64,000 nucleotides of DNA. Source: Sedimentisphaerales bacterium. Its GTDB lineage: Bacteria > Planctomycetota > Phycisphaerae > Sedimentisphaerales > Anaerobacaceae. The position numbers and the translations under genes were made by a program. Of this stretch, positions 1 to 9,341 are shown piece after piece. Position 1 is the stretch's first letter, and the number at the start of each line of letters is the position of its first letter. The notes under the pieces were generated by a model, which was given only the letters and a program-made list of their open reading frames with translations, had not been told where the DNA came from and searched no databases. The stretch covers positions 3,712,001 to 3,776,000 of the forward strand of contig OY970194.1 in assembly GCA_963708075.1 (NCBI GenBank). The letters run 5' to 3'.

Positions 1-280
1 CGAGAAACGCCTCCTGAACCGGGTGCAGAGTGTCGCCCTGAACCAGTCCTTCAATCGTCGTGATGGCCTTCTTGTCGGCCTGGGATACAGGAGTGACGCA
101 GGCCAGGGTGCGCTTGCCGTCCATCAGGATAGTGCACGCACCGCATCGGCCCTCGCCGCAGCCGTACTTGGGCCCCGTCACGTGCAGGTCCTCGCGGAGA
201 ACTTCGAGCAGCGGGCGCTGGGGATCCGTCGTGACGGTCCTTTCCTGCCCGTTGACGACCATCGTAATCGTCACATCCAT
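1..280 (-). CDS. (2Fe-2S)-binding small subunit of a molybdenum hydroxylase (CoxS/IorA-like); runs off the window edge
   Basis: Manual translation (absent from ORF track): MDVTITMVVNGQERTVTTDPQRPLLEVLREDLHVTGPKYGCGEGRCGACTILMDG...LACV...ITTIEGL...LHPVQEAF; GGAGG RBS upstream of ATG at 280. Confidence 0.92.
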   Translation of the reverse strand, partial: MDVTITMVVNGQERTVTTDPQRPLLEVLREDLHVTGPKYGCGEGRCGACTILMDGKRTLACVTPVSQADKKAITTIEGLVQGDTLHPVQEAFL

Positions 281-521
281 AAGCAACCTCCGTCAAGTCA
301 CAGGTTACCCCGAGCCGACTCAGCACGGCTTCTTGTTATCACATTGTACCGGTTCCGCCCGGCGCAGGGTAGGCCCTTGTTGGGGAATTGCCAGATCTCG
401 CAGGTGACGAACGCGTCTGGTAGTATCCGGGAGGTTGCATCCGCCGGCGGATATGGTTCTACTATGTGACTGACTGTGGAATAGAACTTCATCCGAAGTG
501 CAAGGATTCTGTATGAGAGAT

Positions 522-2834
522 ATGGCAGCACGACGGGCACGTACAACGCGCGATATCGTTTGTATTATGATCGTAGTGGTAGGCGGGACCAGCAAGGGAT
601 CGAACGCTGTAGACCGGCCGATCATCGGCTATGACCGGACCGTCCCTCAGGCGGCTTTTGCCGCAGGTGAGATACGGAGGGCCATATTGAGCGTGGGGCG
701 CACGGCCGTTGAGAGAGATCTTGACACCGCGATCGAGGCAGACAGTTCTCTGCGAATCCTGCTGGTCAGTGGTTCGAGTGACAAGGCCGGACGGATCGCC
801 CGTGAGTTTGGCGCGACGACCAAATCCACAGGCTGGCAGGCATATTCCCTCCGATGCAGGAAGGACGGTGACCAGACAACATATGCGGTGCTGGCCACCG
901 ATGCGGATGGGGTAATGTATGGAGGTCTGGACCTGGCCGAGGCGATTCGGCTTGGCATGCTGGCGGGTCTGGGCGACTCGGACCACACGCCCCACATCGA
1001 GCGCCGCGGCATCAAGTTCAACATCCCGCTGGACCTGCGTACGCCCAGCTATTCCGACAGTAGCGACGCCTTTCAACAGAATATCCCCGAGATGTGGAGC
1101 ATGGACTTCTGGCGGGAGTTCCTCGACGAGATGGCCCGGCACCGCTACAACGTCCTGACGCTCTGGAGCCTGCACCCGTTCCCGTCGCTGGTCAAGGTGC
1201 CGGAGTACCCGGACGTGGCGCTCGACGACGTGTGGCGGACCACGATGAAGCTGGACAACAACTTCAGCCACAGCGGCTCGGATATGGTCAAGCCCGAGAT
1301 GCTCGAGCACGTCGAGATCGTCCGGACGATGAGCATCGACGAGAAGATCCAGTTCTGGCGCGACGTAATGCAGCACGCCCGCGACCGGGGCATCGAAGTG
1401 TACCTGTTCACCTGGAACACATTCGTGTGGGGGGCTCAGGGGACCAGGTACGGCATCACAACGGACCTGCACAACCAGACCACGATCGACTACTTCCGTG
1501 CGAGCGTGCGCGAGACGGTCCTGACCTACCCGCTGCTGGCCGGGATGGGCATCACCGCCGGCGAGAACATGCCGAAGCCCTCGGGCGAGTTCTCCAAGGA
1601 GAAATGGCTGTGGCAGACCTACGGCGAGGGCATCCGCGACGCGCTGAAGTTGCAACCCGGCCGCCAGTTCCGCCTGATCCACCGCTTCCACATGACGGGC
1701 CTGGAGGAGGTGCTCAGTGAGTGGAAGGAGTATCCAGGACCCTTCGACTTCTCCTTCAAGTACGCCATCGCGCACATGTACTCCGTGCCGAACCCGCCAT
1801 TTATCAAAGAGGCATTGCCTCACCTGTCGCCGAAATTGCGCACGTGGCTGACCGTCCGCAACGATGACATCTACAGCTTCCGCTGGGGCGACCCCGAGTT
1901 CGCTCGCGCGTTCATTCGGTCTATGCCGGGGCGCGACAAGATGGCGGGTTTCTACGTGGGTCCCGACGGCTACTGCTGGGGCCGCGAGTTCCTCAGCACC
2001 GAGCCTGAGACGCCGCGCCAACTGGTCATGAAAAAGCAGTGGTACAGCTTCATGCTCTGGGGCAGGCTGAGCTACGACCCGAACCTGCCCGATGACCTGT
2101 TCAAACGCACCCTGGCGAAGCGTTTTCCGGAGGTCCCTGCCGATCAACTCTACACGGCCTGGGCCACCGCCTCGAAGATCTTTCCCCAGATCACCCGATT
2201 TCACTGGGGCGACATCGATATCCGCTGGTTCCCCGAGGCCTGCAAGCAGGACCCTGACGATCGCGGCTTCTACACGGTCCGCCACTTTATCGAAGGCCAG
2301 ACCATGCCGGAGAGCGGAATCCTCAACATCCGCCAGTACCGTGAGCAGGTCCTCAATGTAGGGGCGGGTTTCAAACCCGCCCTTGCAACGCCGATCCAGG
2401 TTGCCGAGGCTCTCAAAGGATATGCGGCGAGCACTCTAAAAGCCGTGGTGGAGCTTCGCCCGCACCAAGGTGACAATAAGGAGCTGCGCCTGACCTTAGG
2501 TGACCTGGAGGCCATGTCCCATCTGGGCAACTACTACGGCGAGAAGATTCTCGGCGCCGTGGACCTGGCCCTGTTCGACAGCACCGGGAACCCTGAGCAG
2601 AAGGCGGCCGCCATCCAGCACCTGCAAGCCGCTATGGAACACTGGCGCTTATACAGCGTCGCCTACACCCGCCAGAACAGACAGCCTGTCCTCTACAATC
2701 GCGTGGGCTGGGTGGACATCCCGGGCGCGCTGCTCAAAAAGGTTGAGCAGGACATCCAAATCGCGGAGAGCTGGCAGCCCGGCACGATCAAAGAACCTGT
2801 CGAACGCGGTGCCGACACACCTTTCCATAAATGA
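522..2834 (+). CDS. Large, probably secreted putative glycoside hydrolase-like protein of uncharacterised family; start uncertain (ORF opens at 498)
   Basis: 778-aa ORF; N-terminal GH20/GH67-like zincin-type segment (..GVMYGGLDLAE..) followed by RRGIKFNIPLD and a likely TIM-barrel region. Confidence 0.6.
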   Translation: MAARRARTTRDIVCIMIVVVGGTSKGSNAVDRPIIGYDRTVPQAAFAAGEIRRAILSVGRTAVERDLDTAIEADSSLRILLVSGSSDKAGRIAREFGATTKSTGWQAYSLRCRKDGDQTTYAVLATDADGVMYGGLDLAEAIRLGMLAGLGDSDHTPHIERRGIKFNIPLDLRTPSYSDSSDAFQQNIPEMWSMDFWREFLDEMARHRYNVLTLWSLHPFPSLVKVPEYPDVALDDVWRTTMKLDNNFSHSGSDMVKPEMLEHVEIVRTMSIDEKIQFWRDVMQHARDRGIEVYLFTWNTFVWGAQGTRYGITTDLHNQTTIDYFRASVRETVLTYPLLAGMGITAGENMPKPSGEFSKEKWLWQTYGEGIRDALKLQPGRQFRLIHRFHMTGLEEVLSEWKEYPGPFDFSFKYAIAHMYSVPNPPFIKEALPHLSPKLRTWLTVRNDDIYSFRWGDPEFARAFIRSMPGRDKMAGFYVGPDGYCWGREFLSTEPETPRQLVMKKQWYSFMLWGRLSYDPNLPDDLFKRTLAKRFPEVPADQLYTAWATASKIFPQITRFHWGDIDIRWFPEACKQDPDDRGFYTVRHFIEGQTMPESGILNIRQYREQVLNVGAGFKPALATPIQVAEALKGYAASTLKAVVELRPHQGDNKELRLTLGDLEAMSHLGNYYGEKILGAVDLALFDSTGNPEQKAAAIQHLQAAMEHWRLYSVAYTRQNRQPVLYNRVGWVDIPGALLKKVEQDIQIAESWQPGTIKEPVERGADTPFHK
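2358..2386 (+). repeat. REP-like palindrome family A, in frame inside CDS (peptide VGAGFKPALA)
   Basis: GTAGGGGCGGGTTTCAAACCCGCCCTTGC; four related copies elsewhere in the window. Confidence 0.9.
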
Positions 2835-2898
2835 CGATATACATGCAGGTCGGTACGCTTGCATGATAGGGCTGTGGCAGAGCAAACATGGAATTCGT

Positions 2899-2987
2899 GG
2901 GTGGCAGCGTCAAGCGCAGCTTGGCGATGGTCTTCTCAAGACACTGTACAGCCATCGCCAAGGCCTGCGGCCTTGACGCTGCCACCC
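2899..2987. repeat. 89-bp nested inverted-repeat element, copy 1
   Basis: Outer arms GGGTGGCAGCGTCAAG/CTTGACGCTGCCACCC, inner arms CTTGGCGATGG/CCATCGCCAAG, 21-nt loop; lies between convergent genes. Confidence 0.9.
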
Positions 2988-3025
2988 GCTTCAATCGGCA
3001 CGTTCCTGTCGCACACCGGTCGATG

Positions 3026-4489
3026 TCAGCTCTCAAAATAGACACCTGTTTTGTCGAGAGCATCGCGCAAAGTCGGGTACGGCAGGTCGCGGGTGCCGCA
3101 GTTTCTGGCGGCGCACAGAGCGGCCGCAGTGCCGGCGCCCTGGCCCTGGCCCATGCAGCAGACGGTGTTCCGCGTGGACATGTGGGCCTCGTGGTCCGAC
3201 GTGATCATCATGCCCGCCGCCAGCAGGTTCTCGATCCCTGCGACACGAAGCGCCTTGTAGGGGATGCCGTACGTGCCGCCGTTCTTCACTTGGAGGCGAG
3301 GCGCGGAGTCGTGGAAGCCGTAGATCATGACCTCATCGTCAAAGTGCCTGGCATCGAGCACGTCGGCGAGTGTAATGTCATAATCGCATGCGATGAGCCG
3401 GCCTCGACGGATGCACAGTCTCGGGCTCGTGCGGGCCATGAACGCCTTCTCGCATCCCGGGACATACCGGCGGAACAACTCCACGGCCTTGGCCAAACGC
3501 CGGCGAATCTCCAGCTCGGCCTTGGCCACCTCGTCGCGATTGGTCGGGCTGACGGACATCTTCAGGTTGCACTTGATAAACATGAGATAATTGTCATGCA
3601 CGGTCGTGGTGATCATGCCCATGCCGATGGCACGAGCCCCCTCGGCCAGGCCCGGCACATTGACCCATTCGGCGCCGGCACGGACGATTTGATCGGGCTG
3701 GCCGCTGCGCATGCCCCTGGCCAGTTGTCCAACACCTTTGTTGGCCTTGATGAACTCGTAATACTTATCGATGGACACGTTGCCGATTCCCACGCTGTTG
3801 CACACGGCGTAGTCATTGGGCTCGGTGTATTTGGCCCCGGCGTATGCGGCCAGATCGCCGTAGGCGGTGCAGTCTACGAACGATTTTGCGTAGAACGCTT
3901 CGCGCCCGGAGCGGCTCTCCACGATCACGCCCCGGAGGCGCGGACCATCCATGATCGTGCCGGTCAGCAGTGTGTTGACGCAGACGAACACGCCTGCCTC
4001 CACGAGCATCTCGAACGTCACGAGCTTGTGCAGCTCCGTATCGATGCACGTGCAGACCGAATCGTAGTTGTAGCCCTCGGTCATCTCCGCGTGGCCGGAG
4101 CAGCCGCCCACCTTCATGAGGCGGTCGATGATCTCCTGCGGAACGCCACGCACCACCTGACGCTTCTGAACGCCGGGGAACGCCTTCCAGAGGTTGTAGA
4201 AGCTGTGCAGCGCGGTGCCGCCCTCGGTGACGGTGCCGCCGGGATAACCTTTGGCCTCAATCAGGGCCGTCTTGGCCCCCTGCCGTGCCGCCGCAATCGC
4301 CGCGACAACCCCCGCCGTCCCCGCCCCGGCGACGACGACATCGAACTCCCTGATGGCCAGTCTCCTGGCAGGCTCCTCATAATACTCTCCACTCGGATTC
4401 ACCGCCCCGACCGAAGCACTCTGGAGCACACCAAGGCCTGTCCCAACAGCCAGCATCCCCTTCGAAAACTCACGTCGATTCATGGTCAT
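3026..4489 (-). CDS. FAD-dependent oxidoreductase (FAD_oxidored-type) with Tat-like signal
   Basis: NRREF Tat motif; DVVVAGAGTAGVVAAIAAARQG Rossmann motif; FVDCTAYGDLA; YGIPYKAL..NLLAAG; CMGQGQGAGTAAAL. Confidence 0.88.
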   Translation of the reverse strand: MTMNRREFSKGMLAVGTGLGVLQSASVGAVNPSGEYYEEPARRLAIREFDVVVAGAGTAGVVAAIAAARQGAKTALIEAKGYPGGTVTEGGTALHSFYNLWKAFPGVQKRQVVRGVPQEIIDRLMKVGGCSGHAEMTEGYNYDSVCTCIDTELHKLVTFEMLVEAGVFVCVNTLLTGTIMDGPRLRGVIVESRSGREAFYAKSFVDCTAYGDLAAYAGAKYTEPNDYAVCNSVGIGNVSIDKYYEFIKANKGVGQLARGMRSGQPDQIVRAGAEWVNVPGLAEGARAIGMGMITTTVHDNYLMFIKCNLKMSVSPTNRDEVAKAELEIRRRLAKAVELFRRYVPGCEKAFMARTSPRLCIRRGRLIACDYDITLADVLDARHFDDEVMIYGFHDSAPRLQVKNGGTYGIPYKALRVAGIENLLAAGMMITSDHEAHMSTRNTVCCMGQGQGAGTAAALCAARNCGTRDLPYPTLRDALDKTGVYFES

Positions 4490-4586
4490 TTCCTTTCATA
4501 GGTCCCCCCAAGCATACAGCCTGCCGTCGCCGGATTCAAGAGAGCTATGGACAAGGTGGGACAGATCGGCATATGATTTACCATAT

Positions 4587-4612
4587 TCGAATTTGAGATT
4601 TCGAGATTTCAC
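4587..4612. repeat. Heptamer tandem array (intergenic)
   Basis: ttcgaat-ttgagat-ttcgaga-tttca; a shorter related run occurs at ~5346-5364. Confidence 0.6.
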
Positions 4613-4640
4613 AGACTATGGAAAGGGCAGATGTATGTGT

Positions 4641-5342
4641 ATGACGAGAGTACGAGGGCACATGATGTGGGTTGCAGCTTTTGTAATTGTTGGGGCGACG
4701 ATCTGCACCGCGGGACAGAAGATTCAGCTCTTCGACGGCAAGACCCTGACCGGCTGGTCGGTCCACAGCGGGTTTGCCAAGTACCGCGTCGAGGATGGGT
4801 GCATCGTCGGGACCACCGTCCCCAAGAGTCCCAACAGCTTTCTGTGCACGGATAAGGAATTCGGCGACTTTATCCTCGAATTCGAAGTGAAGCTCGACAA
4901 CCCGGAGCTGAATTCCGGCGTGCAGTTCCGCAGCCAGATCGCACCGACGGAGCTGGCGTTCTGGTTCCGCGATCAGAACGGCAAGCCCTGGCAAAACGTG
5001 ATCCCCAAGGACCGCGTCTACGGCTACCAGGCGGAGATCGCGACAGAGAAAGCGGGCACCTCCGGCGGCATCTACGATGAGGCTCGCCGGGCCTGGATGA
5101 TGGCCGACGTGAAGAGCGACCCCAAGGCCGGCAAGGCGTTCAAGGACGGGCAGTGGAACAAGTACCGCATCGAATGCAAGGGCAGCTCGATCAAGACGTT
5201 CATCAATGACGTGCCCTGCGTCGATTTCAGAGACTCGCTGACGCCCCGCGGCATCATCGGCCTGCAGGTCCACGGCGTAGGCAACACGGCGACGCCCTAC
5301 AGCGTCCGCTGGCGGAATATCCAAATTGACGTGCTGAACTAG
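4641..5342 (+). CDS. DUF1080 / 3-keto-disaccharide hydrolase family protein
   Basis: LFDGKTLTGW, FGDFILEFE, NSGVQFRS, GYQAEI, WNKYRI, GIIGLQVH, VRWRNI; hydrophobic signal; start chosen within ORF 4482..5342. Confidence 0.9.
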   Translation: MTRVRGHMMWVAAFVIVGATICTAGQKIQLFDGKTLTGWSVHSGFAKYRVEDGCIVGTTVPKSPNSFLCTDKEFGDFILEFEVKLDNPELNSGVQFRSQIAPTELAFWFRDQNGKPWQNVIPKDRVYGYQAEIATEKAGTSGGIYDEARRAWMMADVKSDPKAGKAFKDGQWNKYRIECKGSSIKTFINDVPCVDFRDSLTPRGIIGLQVHGVGNTATPYSVRWRNIQIDVLN

Positions 5343-5387
5343 CAGAGAGAATCTGAGATTTGAAGTTGGTGAAAGGGAACCACCCAG

Positions 5388-7652
5388 ATGAAGTCCTTCC
5401 TTTTCGTTCTCGCCGGCGCCGTCTTTGGCGCCCTGCTGTTTTTCCAAAGGACCGACGCACAGACACAGGGATCGGATGCTTTCGAGCAGAACAAGCATCT
5501 GGGGCGTGGCGTGAACGTCCTCGGCTACGATCCGATCTGGAAAGATCGCAGCCGGGGACGGTTTGGGGCCGAGCACTTCCGCCTGATCCACGAGGCCGGC
5601 TTCAGCCACGTCCGGGTCAACCTCCATCCCTTCCGCGATTGCGGCAGCACAATCACCGAGCCTTACTTCCAGACACTGGATTGGGCCATCGAGCAGGCCC
5701 TGGCCAACAAGCTCATGGTCATCCTCGATTTCCATGAGTTCAACGCGATGGCCCGCGACCCCAACGGACTCAAGGACCGATTCCTGGCGACGTGGACGCA
5801 GCTCTCGCAGCGTTATAAGGATCAGCCCGGAGAGGTCCTGTTCGAGATCCTCAACGAGCCCAACAGCAAGCTGACACCGGAACTGTGGAACGTGTATCTG
5901 CGCAAGGCCCTGGCGATCATCCGCCGGACGAATCCTGTTCGGACGGTTGTTATCGGTCCGGGCCAGTGGAACCAGGTCAGCCAGCTCGATAAACTGGAGC
6001 TGCCCGAAGGCGACCGCAATATCATCGTGACGATCCACTCCTACAGTCCCATGGAGTTCACGCATCAGGGCGCGCCGTGGACGGGTCAGAGAGACAAGAT
6101 CGGCGTCTCGTGGGATGGCACACCCCGGCAGAAGGAGGCCATCACGACCCTGTTCGACCAGGCGCAGGCGTGGTCGCAGAAGCACAAGCGGCCGATTCAC
6201 CTGGGGGAGTTCGGCGTCTATGACAAAGCCGAGATGTCCTCACGTGTCCGCTACCTTGACTTCGTGACACGGCAGGCGGAGGAACGCGGCTGGAGCTGGG
6301 CCTACTGGCAGTTCGACAGCGATTTTATCCTCTACGACATCCCCGGCAAGCGATGGGTCGAGCCGGTCCGCGATGCCTTGATCCCACCCGAATCGGGTCA
6401 GGGCGACGCAAGCCAAGACGGACAATCCGTGATGTCAACTAACCGGCCGATGCGACAGCGGCAGAATCTGGTTCTGACTGTCGGCCAGACGCAGGGCGAC
6501 CTGCAGGGCAAAGACGATAAGGTCATTCAAGCCGGTATCGAGTACCTGGACCGGTTGGGCGGCGGCACGCTTCGCATCCTGCCCGGCACGTACACCCTGC
6601 GAAATGCCATCTACCTGCGCCCCAACATCATCCTGCAAGGCTCGGGCGAGAGCACCGTGCTGAGAAAGGCTGACGGCGTTGTGACGGCGCTCTCGCGGGA
6701 TTCCGACTGGTTCGAGTACGGCGTTGCAGTGCAGGACGCCAATGGGTTCAGGCCGGGCGACGGAATCATGCTCCGGTCCAAATCAGGGCCGGGGGACTGG
6801 CAATTCGACGTGCTGCGCGCCACAGTCACGGCCATGCGCGGCAACGTCATTTTCCTGGACCAGTTGACCCGGGAGAACTTCTGGCTGGAGAAGCAGGCCA
6901 CCGCGGGAACCATCTTTCCGCTGCTCACCGCCGAGAACACGAACGACGTGGAGGTAAAAGACATCGTTCTTGACGGCAATCGGGGCGAGAACGAGCACAT
7001 CAACGGAAACTTCGCCGGAACGGTCTTCATTCAACATTGCAGCCGCTGGCGATTCACGAACGTCACGGCCCGCCACTACAATGGCGACGGCTTCAGCTTC
7101 CAGGTGTGCGACGACATTCAGTTCGAGAACTGCCAGGCTCTGAACAACGCTGATCTTGGATTTCACCCAGGCAGCGGCGCCCAGCGGCCGGTCTTCCGCA
7201 ACTGCACGGCAAAGGGCAACAACCTAGGCCTGTTCTTCTGCTGGAGCGTGTCCGACGGGCTCGCGGAGAATTGCGTGCTTTCTGAGAACAGGCAGTTCGG
7301 GATCAGCATCGGGCACCGGGACACGGATAACATAATCAAGAACTGCACGATCGAGCGTAACGGCGAGGTCGGCATCCTCTTTCGCGAGGAGGGCACCGAC
7401 TTTCGTGGCGGCCACCGCAACGAGATCGAGAACTGTGTGATCCGCGACAACGGCTCGATGGGTATCGATATTCGAGGCCGAACCCAGGACATCACCGTCC
7501 GCAACACAAGACTGGGGGCCCAGAAGACGGGCATCCGCGTCGGCAAGGAAGCCCGGAGAATCACCCTGCAGGAGAACACCTTCGATGATTGCTCTGTGCA
7601 AGTCGAAGACCTGCGATCCGGGACAGAGCCTGTCAATCCTCCTGTAAACTAG
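5388..7652 (+). CDS. GH5 endoglucanase-like domain fused to a right-handed parallel beta-helix domain
   Basis: LGRGVN, FEILNEP (acid/base), LGEFG (nucleophile), WAYWQF; C-terminal half GGGTLRILPGTY and repeated N-C/G-I-x-I beta-helix turns. Confidence 0.85.
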   Translation: MKSFLFVLAGAVFGALLFFQRTDAQTQGSDAFEQNKHLGRGVNVLGYDPIWKDRSRGRFGAEHFRLIHEAGFSHVRVNLHPFRDCGSTITEPYFQTLDWAIEQALANKLMVILDFHEFNAMARDPNGLKDRFLATWTQLSQRYKDQPGEVLFEILNEPNSKLTPELWNVYLRKALAIIRRTNPVRTVVIGPGQWNQVSQLDKLELPEGDRNIIVTIHSYSPMEFTHQGAPWTGQRDKIGVSWDGTPRQKEAITTLFDQAQAWSQKHKRPIHLGEFGVYDKAEMSSRVRYLDFVTRQAEERGWSWAYWQFDSDFILYDIPGKRWVEPVRDALIPPESGQGDASQDGQSVMSTNRPMRQRQNLVLTVGQTQGDLQGKDDKVIQAGIEYLDRLGGGTLRILPGTYTLRNAIYLRPNIILQGSGESTVLRKADGVVTALSRDSDWFEYGVAVQDANGFRPGDGIMLRSKSGPGDWQFDVLRATVTAMRGNVIFLDQLTRENFWLEKQATAGTIFPLLTAENTNDVEVKDIVLDGNRGENEHINGNFAGTVFIQHCSRWRFTNVTARHYNGDGFSFQVCDDIQFENCQALNNADLGFHPGSGAQRPVFRNCTAKGNNLGLFFCWSVSDGLAENCVLSENRQFGISIGHRDTDNIIKNCTIERNGEVGILFREEGTDFRGGHRNEIENCVIRDNGSMGIDIRGRTQDITVRNTRLGAQKTGIRVGKEARRITLQENTFDDCSVQVEDLRSGTEPVNPPVN

Positions 7653-7682
7653 TGCTCCGGCTACGCTGATCTGGTGGATATC

Positions 7683-7776
7683 GGGCGGCAGCGGCAAGCG
7701 GAGTCTTCGGAGCTTGCCGATGGTGCCTCGGCGCAGACACGAGCCATCGGCAAGCTGGCGCTTGCCGCTGCCACCC
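7683..7776. repeat. Nested inverted-repeat element, divergent copy
   Basis: GGGCGGCAGCGGCAAG/CTTGCCGCTGCCACCC outer and CTTGCCGATGG/CCATCGGCAAG inner arms; between convergent genes. Confidence 0.85.
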
Positions 7777-7805
7777 ATCATAATTGATATTCTCTAAGCA
7801 CCATT

Positions 7806-9341
7806 CTATGGTGGGCGGAGACTAGCGGCTTCCGGATCGAACGTGGTCTCCGGCTCGAACGGGAAGATGGGCTTGCGCCGGCGCGTGTACGTCAGTCGCT
7901 CGATACGCATGTCTCCCGCTCCCGGTGTCAGAAGCATGATGTAACGAGGGGCGATGCGGGTCAAGCCGGGGAAGAGATAACCCTCCTTGACGACCACGAT
8001 CTTGTAGGTCAACGGATCGATTCTGCAAGCCTTGAATTGGTCGGGATTGGTGAAGGCCATTGGGCCGTCGGACAGAATCACGTCCACATCACCAACGCGA
8101 ACGACGGCCGTGCCGGAGTCTTTGACTAATCGCACAACCCGTGTTTCCGCCTGCAGCGGCGGCCCGAACTGCTTCTCTACGGTGGCGCCGATAGAAAGAG
8201 GCAAGATCTTGCCCTCGCCCGCTTCGAAGCATTGCCTTGTTGCTCCTGTGTCATTTATGCCCGCGACGAGGGAGTTTTTGATTCTTCGCAGGACAAGATG
8301 ACGCAGAACAATGGGCAGGTCTCCGGGCGTACTGGCCGTGACATTGTCGCCACTGTCAGTCAGGAACACTGTCGATTCCTTCGCCGCCACCGCGCGGGCG
8401 ACGCCCTCCTCCAACTCTGCGGTCTCGCAGCCGAAAGCGAATTCCCGCCGGGCATCCCACACGTTACGGGCCAGATAGACTGCGGCTTCGCGAGCAGCAT
8501 CTTGCGACCCATCGGCCGTAACCATCACCGACATTCCCGTATCCGGTGAATCCGTCCACGCGCAGCCGACGAAAATCGTAGCGGCCAGGATCTTCTCCTC
8601 ATGGCCGGCAATGCCTTCCCGCTCCAGCTTTCTCGCCTCCTCCACGAGGGACCGGAAGGGCTCGGAAGTCGTCATCGCCTTCTCGCCCTGCAGGATCATC
8701 GGAATCGGCAGAACACAGGAGACCGGGAATATCCTGCCCCTGAGGGTATCCAGCAGGATGCTGCCCGCCAATTCAGCGGTTTGCGCACCATCAGTATGCG
8801 GGGCGGTCTTCAGGCCGACGAGGATGTCACCGTACTGCGCCAGCCGGGCAGGGATATTGCCATGCAGGTCGAACGTGCAGGCGATCGGGATGTCAGGCCC
8901 GACAATAGAGCGGACTTCGCCCACAAGGATCGTTTCCGCCGGGCCGATGCCCTCAGCATACATCGCCCCATGGAGCCGTAGGAACACGGCATCGACCGGC
9001 ATCGCCGCCCGCAGCGAATCCACGACCCGATCCATTGCCTCGCGGCAGGCTTTCTCCTCGATGGTCCCGCCGCCCAAGGGATAGGCCGACACACCGGGGA
9101 TAATCTCCAGGTCCGCCCCTTCCCAAGCGGCAAGAGACGGAATGCCCGGCTTCGGAAACGAGAATGCTGTCGTTCTCACCGGGTGGAATGTATTGGTCTC
9201 ATGAGCGAACCCGGCGACGAACACCCGCTTCGTTCGTTTCCCGGCGGGCTCGGCGGCAGACACATGCTTCGACAGAATGGCACCCGTTCCAGCGGCCCCG
9301 ATTGCCATCGCATCACGTAGAAACTCCCTGCGATTTTTCAT
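7806..9341 (-). CDS. M81 family metallopeptidase (MlrC-like) with Tat-like signal
   Basis: AGFAHETNTF, LRLHGAM, TFDLHGN, PHTD, DSGDNVTASTPGD; NRREFL. Confidence 0.9.
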   Translation of the reverse strand: MKNRREFLRDAMAIGAAGTGAILSKHVSAAEPAGKRTKRVFVAGFAHETNTFHPVRTTAFSFPKPGIPSLAAWEGADLEIIPGVSAYPLGGGTIEEKACREAMDRVVDSLRAAMPVDAVFLRLHGAMYAEGIGPAETILVGEVRSIVGPDIPIACTFDLHGNIPARLAQYGDILVGLKTAPHTDGAQTAELAGSILLDTLRGRIFPVSCVLPIPMILQGEKAMTTSEPFRSLVEEARKLEREGIAGHEEKILAATIFVGCAWTDSPDTGMSVMVTADGSQDAAREAAVYLARNVWDARREFAFGCETAELEEGVARAVAAKESTVFLTDSGDNVTASTPGDLPIVLRHLVLRRIKNSLVAGINDTGATRQCFEAGEGKILPLSIGATVEKQFGPPLQAETRVVRLVKDSGTAVVRVGDVDVILSDGPMAFTNPDQFKACRIDPLTYKIVVVKEGYLFPGLTRIAPRYIMLLTPGAGDMRIERLTYTRRRKPIFPFEPETTFDPEAASLRPP

